Source: Candidatus Falkowbacteria bacterium (GTDB taxonomy: Bacteria > Patescibacteriota > Patescibacteriia > Patescibacteriales > UBA12465). From it: a stretch of DNA of 64,000 nt. Shown here piece after piece: positions 63,891 through 64,000 of the stretch. The notes beneath the pieces are model-generated. The model worked only from the letters and a program-made list of their open reading frames with translations. It was not told the origin of the DNA and made no database searches. Where the stretch lies: positions 8,127-72,126 of the forward strand of contig JAPLVZ010000012.1 of NCBI GenBank assembly GCA_026396805.1, in the 5' to 3' direction. Numbering within the stretch: position 1 is the stretch's first letter; every line of letters starts with the position of its first letter. The translations under genes and the position numbers were made by a program.

Positions 63891-64000
63891 AATAAATAAA
63901 AACACCCTTTTTCAGAAAGAGTGATTTTATTGTGCCTGCTCTTCAGCTTACTATCCTTTTCAGGATCCGGCCGAAAGGAGCCTTCGCTCACAAGCACATT
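63891..64000 (-). ncRNA. Candidate small structured RNA with its own terminator (possibly SRP/4.5S-like); the 5' end may lie beyond the window
   Basis: The minus-strand RNA reads ...GUGCUUGU...GGAUCCU-GAAA-AGGAUAGUAAGCUGA...GCAGGCAC. The terminal stem GUGCUUGU/GCAGGCAC closes it. Inside is a GNRA-capped helix flanked by an asymmetric internal loop, which loosely resembles SRP helix 8. A terminator follows (63903-63923, with a G-U pair only in the minus sense, then a U-run). No protein-coding signal was seen. Confidence 0.3.

Noticed and set aside
63725-63997. 90-aa minus-strand ORF at the right edge
   Set aside because: It overlaps the 3' end of the NYN gene and spans a terminator hairpin and a structured segment. 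Its translation is low-complexity. It is more likely non-coding, as described in the ncRNA candidate.
1-64000. Alternative genetic code (UGA recoded, as in some CPR lineages)
   Set aside because: TGA terminates well-supported genes, for example the UXS gene at 28704-28706 and Bro-N-like copy A at 56159-56161. All long conserved ORFs are intact under the standard code.
1-64000. tRNA, rRNA, CRISPR arrays, transposases or integrases
   Set aside because: Scanning the intergenic regions by eye showed no cloverleaf-compatible GC-rich segments, no rRNA signatures, no regularly spaced repeats and no recombinase ORFs. A tRNAscan/Infernal run would be the decisive check.

Overview
AT-rich, gene-dense, mostly plus-strand window. 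Gene content suggests a small-genome Patescibacteria/CPR-type bacterium (inference only). The standard code applies, since TGA is used as a stop. (i) 1-26.7 kb is a housekeeping block: an edge-truncated pilB-like ATPase missing from the ORF track, tyrS, argS, glyQS, two MBL-fold hydrolases (one ComEC-like), an adenylate-kinase-like protein, gyrA, rmuC, an O-antigen-ligase-like protein, radC, an M16 peptidase, a UvrD/AddB-type helicase-nuclease and ruvB. (ii) 26.9-54.3 kb and 57-60.8 kb form a long cell-surface glycan region. It holds a UGDH-like gene plus UXS, about seven GT2 glycosyltransferases, several SAM methyltransferases, a DegT aminotransferase, a class B radical SAM enzyme, a CDP-alcohol phosphatidyltransferase, a very large membrane protein and a flippase. 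It ends in a three-gene phosphonate module (cytidylyltransferase-PepM fusion, phosphonopyruvate decarboxylase, Fe-ADH) that matches the early fosfomycin/2-hydroxyethylphosphonate logic. (iii) Small accessory islets lie at 28.7-31.6, 36.6-38.6, 54.4-57.0 and 62.2-63.8 kb. They carry RhuM, DUF1016/YhcG, DUF4143 ATPase, HEPN-like, Bro-N/DinD-like and NYN genes plus many relics and recombination scars. Three class-1 inteins interrupt catalytic motifs of GyrA, the helicase and the radical SAM enzyme. The most unusual signal is a set of perfect or near-perfect hairpins at homologous codon positions inside RhuM, Bro-N-like and DUF1016 genes, inside their relics, and at some intergenic sites. The arm sequences differ between copies but stay complementary. 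This points to a conserved nucleic-acid structure that constrains the encoded peptide and coincides with rearrangement junctions. No rRNA, tRNA, CRISPR array, transposase or integrase was recognised.
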